Shown: piece after piece, positions 52,746 to 64,000 of the stretch
How the letters are laid out: the number at the start of each line of letters is the position of its first letter
Position numbering within the stretch: position 1 is the first letter of the stretch
NCBI GenBank assembly: GCA_002633005.1
Contig: NMRA01000005.1
Location: 1,533,635 to 1,597,634 of the forward strand
Reading direction: 5' to 3'
Source of the DNA: Phoronis australis
Taxonomy: Eukaryota > Animalia > Phoronida
DNA: 64,000 bases
Notes under the pieces: model-generated
Database searches by the model: none
What the model was told of the DNA's origin: nothing
Seen by the model: only the letters and a program-made list of their open reading frames with translations
Program-made: the position numbers and the translations under genes

Positions 52746-55133
52746 ATTTTGTCGGTTGTTTGTAAAATACACGTTTTGTCTATTTACAAGCCATACGCAT
52801 ACCCCAACGATGTGCTGCGACCCACGGATAACCAAAACAGGAGAAGGATTTAGAATGAAAATTATGATGGTAACCTAACGTTGGTTGCGTTTCATACTGC
52901 ATTAATAGAAGTAACTGCAGTTCGATACTTTGGAGGTTGTCAAGTCCAAACACCCATAACACGAGAAATGAAATTGTTTTTAAAAATGCCCTATCAGGCC
53001 TAAGGTTGACGATTCCGACAGACAAGAAAGTTTGTTTGTCCGAAATAAGGCCACGAAACCGGAAGCCGGTTATTCAAAGTCAACGACAGCGAAGCAGCAA
53101 AATTTTAGTGGCGGTAAAACAAAGTTTTAATTGTAAAGGTAAAAAAAAATCTGAAGTTGCACCTTTCGTGAGGGCGCGCCATGAGATGCTGTCTTACACA
53201 GTACACGAAGGACGATAGAGGTATGAAACTTTCGTTATTGATAACATTTTGTCTGGCTGATACTTGCAGTTACCTTTTGTCTACCTGTGTCAAGTTTGTG
53301 GTGTCCAAATCATTGTAACAGCGTTTAAGTGCTGTCGAACATTGTTTGGATCCTTTCGAGAGGAGGAACTGGTACTTCCAAAAAGTAGTTTCAAACAGGA
53401 ACGTGCATACAAATCTCTGAACATTTTGCTTACTGTTTACTGTATGTAAATGAAAGTTCGAAATTTTAGCTTTCAAACTAATGGACTTTCGGCCCAGTTT
53501 GGACCTTTGAATTTATAGAATTTTGGACTTTCAAACCTTCGGAAAAATGAATTAGTGATTTCATACCATCTGCTCACACTCTTTCTCACTTGTACTTTTC
53601 AATTCAGATCATAAGGTTTCATTGCTCCTAATGAGGTGACTTTGTTTGACATCATTGTAGGCTTTTAAGGAATTGACCTAATTTCGTCAAACCACTGGAC
53701 ATTGGCAGACCAGTATACCATTATTATGCCGGATCTGATGTCCCGAGCAGTGAGAGTGTACCAAAGGTGCCGCTGGACCACTCACAGGAATGAAATCAAA
53801 GTCAAAAGGTACATGTATGGTGCCGTTCACCCCTAAATATCCTGGAAGTTAAATGCTTCCGACTGTCTGTGTGTTCTACGAGTCATCAAAAACTGTACAG
53901 AAGCCTTGTTTGATTTGGAAAAGTCAAGTCATTCAGGCATCTATTTTTATTCATATGCATTGTATTACATCTAGTTTCAGGGCACAGTCCCTCAAAAACC
54001 GTAAAATTTAGCAAAAGACAAAGCCACATTAATGGTAAAACAATGATATCAATAACAAGATCGAATTTCATTTCATGAAAGTGTTCCAGAAGTGACCTCA
54101 GAACTCGATTAACGTTCTAAAATATGCTCTTCATTTTTGTTTTGTGAACTGTCTTTAAATCACAGTATTTGGAGGTGTTACATGATTAAGAACAGCTATT
54201 TATGAGATATAAACGTTCAAAGTTAGAGAAATATAGACGTTTGTTCACGGGTCTTATAGGATCTGAGCAAGCAGGACACTGACCTTACCACCACTGGCAC
54301 AGAACAAAAGATGTCGCTGAACCACCAACTCAAAATGATACCATAATCGGAAACGTAAAAATCCCTTAAGTTGCACTCCCCCTTAGGCTGCATCATGAGA
54401 TAGTGACCTAAAAGATACATGAAGGACGATAGAGGTGTGTAACTATCGTTATGGACAACATTTTGGTCTGACTGACACTTGTGACAACTTTGTGGTGTCT
54501 TGGTCATTGTAATTAACAGTCTAAAGTGATAATGGTATTTTACTTGTACTCTGGCTTTTACTCAAGTTTTAGTGTTTGGTTCGTGATGACGCACATGTAC
54601 TTTAAATGGATACACCTCTCCATGCACCAAATCTATCACCATTCGCTTTCACTTGTGGTTTGTTATTTGTCTTGCTGGTACATTCGTGTTGACGATAAAA
54701 CTCCTTCTAATTTCGACTAAAATTAGCACTAACATACTAACACATACCCTAACACACTGAAAACAGCATGACTGAATCCAAATGACGATCCTGTGTGCAT
54801 GCTGAATGCTGTTAACTGAGTTCCTCTGCAGATGCCATAACCAGGTGGAGCTGAGCAGTGGTTCCCTTGATCGATTAAACCCGTGGCATGGAGAAGGATT
54901 TTTCAATTACATTGATTATTCAAGTATCAAATGGAAAACAACAATTGATTTCTCAATTTATGTAATATAGATTATTACACGATAGAGAAATTTCACTGAA
55001 TTAAAATATCGTTTTTATGGAAACTATGCGTCTTATTTTTCATAGCGTATAATTGTCGGTGCAATGCCCTTTGCTGAACATGCGATTGTTGCGCGTGCTC
55101 ATTTAAGTATTCTATTTTCACGTTTGATGATGT

Positions 55134-55210
55134 CAGCCGCTGATTAGTGTAGTGGTAAAGTCGACGACTCGCAACTGTTGAGGCCCGGGTTCGAATCTGG
55201 CCTCGGTATC
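55134..55210 (+). mobile_element. tRNA-derived SINE head or tRNA pseudogene inside a ~320-bp insertion
   Basis: A box TAGTGTAGTGG and B box GGTTCGAATC; the acceptor stem does not pair. Confidence 0.5.
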
Positions 55211-58200
55211 CCGCTAAAATGTTATGGCACTAGTGAGATAACTTTATGGGTTATTACACGGTTGTATCTGCCATTCGAGGCTAATATTGTGGTATAAATT
55301 TTATTATTCCACGGTTTGTTTATTTACTTGCTATACTCACACAACAACGATATGTTGCGACCCCTGGATTACCAAGACGGGAGGAGGAGAATGGAAGAAG
55401 AAGAATGACAAACGAAGACTAAAATTAAGAATGTAATATAATTTTGCTTGCGATTCATACTGAATTGGTATAAATAGGGTAGGGCTGTATACTATGAAGG
55501 TTCACAAGTCTAAAGGCAAATCATCTGACAATTGAATATATTTCTAAAAGATCCCTTTAACCCCGAGGGTTCACAAATCCAACAGAAAGAAAAGAAAGTT
55601 AGTTCGAAACTAGTCCGAAGGTGTATTATACCTGAAACCTGTGATTTATCCATCGACAGGAAGCATCAAGATTGTAGTGGTGGTAAACAAATATTTGAAA
55701 ATGTAAATAAATGCAACATCTCTGCACATTGCCGAATATTGTTTTGATCCCTCCGACAGGCTCTCAGAGTTCCATAAAGTAGTTTCAAATAGGCACGTGC
55801 ATATAAATACCCGAACCTTCTTCTCCAAACAACTTTTCAAAATCTTGATACATGAAAGTTTTAACTTTTAGCTTCGGACTGGTGCGGACCTTCGAATTTA
55901 TAGATTTTTGGAGTTTAAGCTTTCAGACCAATGAAAACCTTGAATTCATACCTTCTGCTCACACTCTTTCTCACTCGTAGATTTCAATTCAGATCATATG
56001 ATTTCATTGCCTCCAAGGGGTTGACTTCGTCTGAATTTTATTGTAGGTTTTAAGAGACTTCGCCAAATTTCTTCGAACCACTGGACTGACTAATATACCA
56101 CTGGCATGCTGCATGCGAGATTTGACGTCGCGAACAGTGGGATGAAATCACAGGACCACTTACACGAATGACACCATAGCCAAAAAGTATGGTGCCATTA
56201 AGCTGTAAACATCCTAGAAGTTACATGCTTTGACCGTACGTGCATTCTAGGACCCTTCAATTCACACCTGGTTTCAGGGCACAATAAATTATTTCTCAAA
56301 AACCGTAAAACTAAGCTTAGGACAAAAAACACATTAATGGTAAAACAATAGTATCAATAAAAAGATCGAATTTTATTAAATGAAGGTGTTCCAGAAGTCA
56401 TCTCAGAACTCTGTTAAAGTTGTTAAATATGCTCTTATCATTTGCGTTTTCTGAACGGTGTTTAAATCATAGTATTTGAAAGTTTTACATCAATGTGAAC
56501 TGTTATTTCTGAGATACAAACGTTAGAGAAATGTAGACGTTCTTTTCTAGGGTCTTACAGGCTTCGAACAACAAAGACCATGGCCTTGCCACCACTGGCA
56601 GTGAACCAAAGATGTTGCTGAACCACGAACACAAAACAACACCAGAGTGGAAAAGATAAAAACGACTCGCAAGCTGCTTCTTCCGCGAGGGCGCGCGCCA
56701 TGAGTTGCTGTCTTACCGATTCATGAAAGACGACAGCGGTGTATAGCTTTTGTTATTTATAATGTTTTAGTCTGGGTGGCACTTGCAGTTACAGTTCTCC
56801 ACCTATGACAATTGTGTGGTGTCCGGGTCGCGTCGTTGTAAAATGTTTAAGTTTTGGCTGTAATTTACTTGTACTCTGGGTTGTACTCAGGTTTTAGTGT
56901 TTGGTTCGTGATGACGCACATGTACTTTAAATGGATACACCTCTCCATCCACCAAATCTATCACCATTCGCTTGCACTACACGTTTGTTAATTGTCTTGC
57001 TCGTGTATTCGCATTGACGCTGATGCTCTTTCTAATCCCGACTAACAATTACACTAACCTACTGACACAAGCCACAACGTACCCAGAAAGACAGCATGAC
57101 TAAATCCAAATAACGTGAAAGGTCACAATAATTTTGTTAATACATATTTTTTTGTCTGTTGACTCGCCATACCCACGCAACAGCGATACGCTGCAACCCA
57201 CTGATAACCAAAACGGAAGAAGAAGCATGGACAAGAAGAGAATTCATAACCGAATACTAAAGCTAAGAAGGAAACCTAATATTGCTTGCGAATCATAATG
57301 CATTCGTATAAATAGGATAGAGCTCGATACTCCGAGGGTGTACAAGTTAGAAGGCAAATTATGCGACAAATGAAAACGTTTTCAAAAGGACCTTGAGTCC
57401 GAAGGTTCACAAATCCAACAAAAAGAAGGTCTAGTTGAAGCTATTGACGAGGTCCAAAATTTGATAATGTAACTAAATGTAGCAGCTCAGTAAGCATTGA
57501 CGAAATTTGTTTGGATCCCATTGAGGAGCACTGGCTCTTCGAATCACTTATTTCAAACGGCACGGTATAGAAACTAACTCCAATTTTTTTCACGAAACCA
57601 CTTTTCAGAACCTCGTGTCCTGAAAGATCGAACGTTTACTTTTGAAAATGATAAGCTTTATTCGGACAGTGGATATTAAGAGTTATGGATTCTTGGTCTA
57701 GCTAACCTTGAAACTGAGGAATACCGTTATTTCATACCTTCGGCCCAAACACCTTCTCACTTGTAGATTCCAATTCAGGTCGTATTGCTTTATCACTTTC
57801 AAGGGGTTCATTTTTAGCGACTTGTCCCAGTGCCCCAACAACCGGACTTTGGCTGACTAATATACAATCCACGTGTGGTAACTGAAGTTGCCAGCAGTAA
57901 CAATATATCAAATGTTTTGCAGGACCACTATGACGAAAGACATCAGAGTCAAACGGTGTGGTGCAGTTCATCTGTAAACGTCCTGGACGTGTGTACTCCT
58001 ATGTGCAACTTGTTTGCTTCGAATAAATGAAGTGAAAATTCTATTCGCTACTCATTCAGGCACTGTCTTTATTCATGTACACTGTTTATACCTGGTTCCA
58101 GGGCACAATCTCTCAAAAACTGCAAAATTTAGCAAAGGAGGAAAATAAATTATTAGTAAAACAACGGTGTCAATAACAATATCGAATTTCATTTGATAAA

Positions 58201-61200
58201 AATATTTCAGAAGTGGTATCAGAAACACTGTTAATAATCTAAAATATGACCATTTCATTTTTGTTTTGTGAACGACGTTTAAATAATAGTATTTTAATGT
58301 TTCACATAAATCTGAAGAGCTATTTCTGAGAAGTGTACTTAACACTTCTTCTAGGGTCATACAGGATCTGAACAAGCAGGATCCACCACTGGCAACAAAC
58401 CAAACATGTCGCTGAGCCACTAACACAAAAAGACATCAGAGTCAGAAAGGTAACAGAAGCCCGGAAGTTGCCTCTTGCGTCAGGCCACATGCCATGAGGT
58501 GCTGTCTTACTCGATGCATGAAGCACGATAGGGGTAACTGTTGTTATTGATAAGACTTTGGTATTCACCGGTTACCACTGTTTGGTGTCCATTTACGTTG
58601 TAATAGACTTCAAGTGTTGCCTTTATTTTAGTTGTACCCTTGGTTCTACTCATGTATTAATGCTTGGGCCGTGATGACGCACATTAACTGTAATGAATAG
58701 ATCTGCCTATTTGTCAGTTGTATTTACAATTCGCTTGGACTAGACGTTTGTTATTTTTCTTGCTTGTACTTTCGCGTTGACGCTAACGCACTTTCTAATC
58801 CCGCCCAATAATTACCCTAACATACCAGGAAAGGCGGCATGAATTAATCCAAAGGACGTTCAAGGTCACAAAGTACGTGCTGAATGGTGTTATTTGATTT
58901 CCTCTGGAGATGCCACAACCAGATGGAGATGAACAATGGTTCCCATGACCGATTTCTATCGGCGTAGAGACAAGGATTTTTCAATTGATCTCCGAGTGGC
59001 AAATTGAAAACTGTTGATTTGTTGATTGTTTGAAAAGTTCATTAATACAGGTTGTTGTCTATTTACGCGGTATAACCGTACCCCAACGATACCCTGTGAA
59101 CCTCGGATAACCAAAACGGATGACGAAGGATTTAAGACGAAAATTATGTGGGTGAACTAACGTTGTTTCCGTTTAATGCCACTATATATTTTGGATGCAG
59201 CCCGGCACTGTGAAGGTTCTCAAGTCCTGACACCCAGTGATACGGAAAATGAAATGTTTTTAAAAAGACCCTATTTGGCCAAGTGTTCACATCTCCGACA
59301 GAAAAGAAAGCTAGTTAGATCAAAACTGGTTTCAAGATTTATGATACCAGAAACCTCAACAGCAGCGGAACAGCAAAATTTTAGTGGCGGTAACCACTTT
59401 GTTTGCCTTCTTGCCAGAGGCACAGGCTCTTCTAAGAACTAGTGTCAAACAGGCTTGTGCTTCCAAATTACCGAATATTTTGCTCGAAATTGCCGTTTGG
59501 AACCTCGTGTCATGAAAGTTTGAACTTTTTGCATTCGAACTAATGGGGTTTAGGACTTGTGTTGATCTTCGAATTTGAAGACTTAAAAACCGTGAGTTTA
59601 TACCTTAGGTCATACCTTTCCTAATTTCTAGTTTTCATTTGAGGACATATAGGTTTTACTGCTTCGGAGGGGGTGATTTCCTTTTAACCTCATTGTAGAT
59701 TTTTAGCTACTTGGCCTTTCGTCGATCCACTGGACTTTGGCTGACTAGTATACCGTTAGCATGCAGGATCTGACGTTGAGAACAGTGACATGGTACGAAA
59801 TGTGCTGCAGTACCACTTACACTAATGACACCAGAGACAAAAGGTATGGTGCTGCTAAGCTGTAAATCTCCTGTAAGTTACTTGTTTCGACTGCATGCGA
59901 GTTTGTTTAACATAGAAAAGTAAAGTGAAACATCTACTCGCCAGTCATTCAGGCATCTCTTTTTTCATTTACACTCTTTCTCACCTGGTTTCAGCTCATA
60001 TTCTCTCAAAAATCATAGTATTTAGCAAAAGACAGAGCTCATTGATAGTAAAACAGCGGTCACAATAACAAGGTCGAATTTACTTAAATGCTAAATTTTC
60101 CAGAAGTGATCTAGGAAAAACTCTTCATGTTCTAAAATATGAGCACTTCATTTTCGTTTTGTGAACTTCGTTTATATATTGGTATTTCAATGTTTTACAT
60201 AAATGTAAACAGCTATTTCTGAGATGAATTTAAATATTCAAACTGTGAGAGAAATATACAGACTTTTTTAGGATCATACAGGACCTGAACAAGCAGCACC
60301 CTGACCTCGCTACCACTGGAAGAGAACCTAAGATGTCGCCGATAACCGACACAAAATAAAACCGGAGACGAAAAGGTAAAAAAGACCCGTAATTTGCACT
60401 TCCGTGAGAGCGCACGCTGTGAGATGCTGTCTTTCCAGATACATGAAGGACGATAGTGCTGATTAAATTATGTTATTGATAACATTTGGGTCTTGCATTT
60501 ACAGCTCTCCACCGGTGACAACTGTGTGGTTTCCAGATTATTGTAATAGTTCTTAAGGGTTGACTGTAGTTTTGTTGTACTCTGGGTTGTACTAAAGTAT
60601 TAGTGTTTGGATGTGATGACGCACATGTACTTCAAATGAATGGATCTCTATGCATCCATCAAATCTATTACACTAGACATTTGTTGCAGGTCTTGGTGGT
60701 ACAATTTTGCAGACGCTAACGCTCTTTCTAAACCCGACTGACAATTGCACTAATACACTAATACAAGCCCTAACATACTAAAACAACGGCATGACTGAAC
60801 CCAAATTACGTTCAAGACCCCAAAATGCATGCTGAATGGTGTTAATTGAATTCCTTTGCAGATTTCAGAAGCAGAAGCAGTATTGAAAATAATTGATTTG
60901 TCGACTGTTTGTAAATTTTCTTAATACACGTTTTTATCTATTTACACGTCATACCCATACCCACGATACGTTGGGACCTACGGATATCCAAAACGAAAGA
61001 AGTAAAGTAACGTTGCTTACGTTTCATAGTGCATTAGTATATATAAGACACATCGATACTCTGAAGGTTCTCAAGTGTTATAACGCCTATAATACAACAA
61101 ATTGGAATTTTTTGAAAAGGTCCTGTGAAGCCAAAGGTTCACAAATCCGACTGAAAGGAATGCTAGTTAGTTCGACAATCTATGATACCAGAAATTAGTG

Positions 61201-61701
61201 ATGCAAAGTCATTGACAGGGGATCAGCACACTTTTAGTACCAGGAAACTAAAAATGTAAATAAAAGCAACAGCTCAGTGACCATTGCCAAACTTTTTGGA
61301 TCCTTTCGAGATGCTTTGGCTCTTCCATGAAGTAATTTCAAACAGGACATGGATGGACTTAGATCACTTTTGAATGACTATTTAATCGTCTGTGTAGTAT
61401 CTCCTGCATATATCAATCATAATATGTATGACCATGGTCTTTTTCTGTTCTTGCTCTCAGTTGACGGTCTTTTTATACTTCTTGCAGTATGTGGACACTT
61501 TGGTTTACCACATGAACTTGAATATCACTATCAAGGAGGTACTGTTATGCATGTGTTTTAAAAGTTAATTGTTAGGTACTTCTATCAATATGGTGAACCA
61601 TTAAAGGCTGTGCAATAGATGGAACATTTGGTGATACCATATTATGGATGACTGTGACATCTCACGGTAACGGAGAAAACTATATGTTCAAGCCTTCTGA
61701 G

Positions 61702-64000
61702 CAGTGGCGGATCAACGTTTTCTGTTAGGGGGGGGGGGGNGGGTTAGGATTCCCGCCAAGGTCGAATCCGAGGCTCGACGTGCCGAGCGGGGGGAGGTCG
61801 AGAGGGGGGTTTCCCTCCACCCGTGTAAGACAATTTTTTGTTTTTGTTGCCAAACAGTGAAATTTCCATGCATCCTGGTAAGTTTCTGGCAGTTCACATG
61901 TCTCTGGAGTTTTTCTTTAGATAATTTAAAACCCTTCTCAATTTCGTCACATGAACTTTGATCAAAACGTTCGTGAAACCATTTTTGTGCACATTTCGGT
62001 ATGAGTCTCGCCACCAGCAAAAAATTTTGGTGGAACATCTGCTTACACACACCTATTTTAGCATACGAAAAGTCGTGTACGAAAAAGTGTGGTATGTATA
62101 CAGGGGTTTAGGCAACTACCAAATATTCAAGAGCATAAGGAGCACCGACGGGGCGTAAAAACTTGAATATCAGATGATCGCGTAGCAGCAGCCTCGAGTT
62201 GTTCAAGAACGAAAACCGGAGTTCGAAAATAAACATGTATTCTGTCTCGTTACGAGAAAAACCAGTAAACGATGGTGATCTCAGCTCATAGTCTATTATT
62301 AAAAGCGACAATGAACAGTTAAGTATCACTTAATTTATTAAAATGAACCACGTTGACAACAATTGAAAAACGTCAAATGTATCGGGAAGCAAATCATCTG
62401 AAAACAGTTTCACGAAACCAAAACGTTCTGTACACATGGGTGAATAGATGTACAGGACCAGTTCGCAGAGGGATCAGATGTACACTGAGAGTACACAAAA
62501 AGGTTGGCCTGGTCCGTCACGAGACCAAAAGTACACCTGTGCAAATTATCCCTATAAAAATAGTCTATCTGCCGCGGGACCAAACACTACTGGCTGAGAT
62601 AAATAGTTTTAGAAAGCACACTTTGGTAAAAACATCACAACACTTTACACAAATCAAACTGGCCTGGTCCGTTGCGAGACCTAAAGTGTACTATGCAAAA
62701 AGTTTTTAATTGAAAACTTTTCTTTAGACAGTGGTTGCTCATACGTGTATTTTACACATCTGGTGGTCAACTGCTGCGAGAGGTTGTCTAGGAAGGATTT
62801 TCGCACCGTTCAGTAGTACTCACTGGAAGAAACAAGTATTGAGACCGAATTTAACAACGCACTACGTGAAATAGATTTTGGATATGAATCAGATATAGCC
62901 AAATACAAACCAGAATCAGTTTCTGTGCGCTCATAGTCCCTCTGTTGTACTGGGAAAATTTGGCGTGTCTAAATATAATTTCTATTTCGTTTTCATTGTA
63001 CACAAGCATAAAAAAACATTATATACAAACTGTGTAGAACATTAACTTATTACCTGGGTGTTTCTCCAGAAACGTTAGTCCTATCCTTCTGTTGTCTAGA
63101 CTGCCGAGGAATCTGTATATCGGATCCAATGGTTTGCTCGTCTTGGAAACATTCTAGCCAGACATCTTCGATGTTTGTTCCCAGCGCTTGCACTTCGTCA
63201 ATTGCTGTGTCAATGAGCTTGTAAGCCTCTACAATGTCAGCATCTTGTTTCGCAGCTCAGTTGGCACTAAGCGCCCTGAGGTTGCCAAATCCAATCAAAA
63301 GACTTACATGCGCAACTAATTTGATCCGTTCATCATGGACTACTTCAAACCTCGACGATGTATCCCAGGACCAATTTGCATCTCCTGCAATTTTCGAAAT
63401 AAACGTCCCAATGTCTGAAGGCTTGAAACCCGGAGTACTAACATCAAATAAATGCCCATGGACATGGACGTTTCATCGGTTGGGCCTTTCTGCGGAAATT
63501 CCCAGTATAAAAGACGGTAGGGGTGCTTATTGCAGGTAGAAAGACGGTAGGTGTTGAGGTCGGAACTAGGGCTCCTTTGGAGGCCTATTGAACATCGCAC
63601 GAGTCCTGAAAGACTTTGTTGTGAAAGTACAGCCTCCACGCAATTTCTGGTACTGTACACTGTTCGCGAATGCGGTCACTTTGTCAATGTGAGTGCCCCT
63701 TGGTCATTCCTTGTATAGACATAACTTGTTAAAGTGCATCTTCAAACGGACTCGCCACCAGACCACGGCACCCGCCACAATAGCAATTCTTCGGAAAAAG
63801 ATTTTTTTTCAAAAATATTACATGTATATATGTACACTGTATGATATTGCGCAAGACAACTTTACTATACATGTACACCAGCTAAATTCGAGTTGCAAAC
63901 TTGTGGAGTGTAATAGCATAACACGGCATGACAGATGAGGTAAAAACGTTGCTCGCCAATTCACCTGAATATCAGGGTTGCGCACTACAAAATATCCCCT
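61702..64000 (-). mobile_element. Degenerate hAT (Tip100/PRKRIR-like) transposon with an intron-containing transposase relic
   Basis: TIR-like CAGTGGCGGATC at 61702. Minus strand reads DIVEAYKLIDTAIDEVQAL...IPRQSRQQKDRTNVSGETP (63054-63260), then a GT..AG intron (~63053-62824), then EYY..FLDNLSQQLTTR. Confidence 0.7.

Larger units (their letters stand above)
39940..61345 (+). repeat. Degenerate tandem macro-array, ~10 copies of a ~1.9-2.0 kb unit
   Basis: Anchor GAGATGCTGTCTTACCCGATACATGAAGG recurs at ~39997, 43801, 46786, 49851, 51372 (partial), 53183, 54397, 56702, 58494 and 60421, all in the same orientation with collinear flanks. The uninterrupted period is ~1.93 kb (58494 to 60421). Confidence 0.92.

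Noticed and set aside
54581-54830. Box C/D snoRNA in each array unit (GTGATGA; CAGCATGACTGA..CTGAATGCTG)
   Set aside because: No conserved D box or terminal stem at a suitable distance from GTGATGA. The second candidate is short and its stem is not kept in other units. A snoRNA scan would be needed to revive it.
55134-55210. Functional tRNA-Cys gene
   Set aside because: The acceptor and anticodon stems do not pair properly; it fits a SINE head or pseudogene better.
41526-59442. Recurring similar short ORFs in array units (41526, 47651, 52937, 55532, 59176)
   Set aside because: Starts, frames and stops differ between units, and they overlap the embedded MITE; DNA repetition alone explains the similarity.

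Overview
AT-rich, repeat-dense DNA from an animal genome, probably an invertebrate; there is no prokaryotic signal, and most short ORFs in the supplied track are noise. I can support one host gene: a minus-strand multi-pass membrane protein (DUF7789-like from recall). Six GT-AG exons between 36122 and 5436 splice into an uninterrupted 261 codons, and the terminal exon was not located. Its introns hold nested TE relics: a full-length but mutated Mag-like Ty3/Gypsy element (10097-14546, 5-bp TSD) that splits a THAP domain, THAP and YqaJ-exonuclease relics, a Kolobok element with a KolX/P2X7-like N-terminus, a Sola3-like relic inside another TIR element, and a Penelope-like hammerhead palindrome. 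The window also has hAT and Harbinger MITEs, LINE fragments and SINE fragments. The most unusual structure is a ~21 kb degenerate tandem macro-array (~39940-61345, ~10 copies of a ~1.9-2 kb unit). Each unit carries two mutually homologous splice-site-flanked modules, an embedded MITE and recurrent TATA-like and TGATGACGCA motifs. The array is interrupted by Helentron-type elements whose internal ~140-bp repeats each carry a CTCF-like motif. Family names come from motif recall, not database searches.
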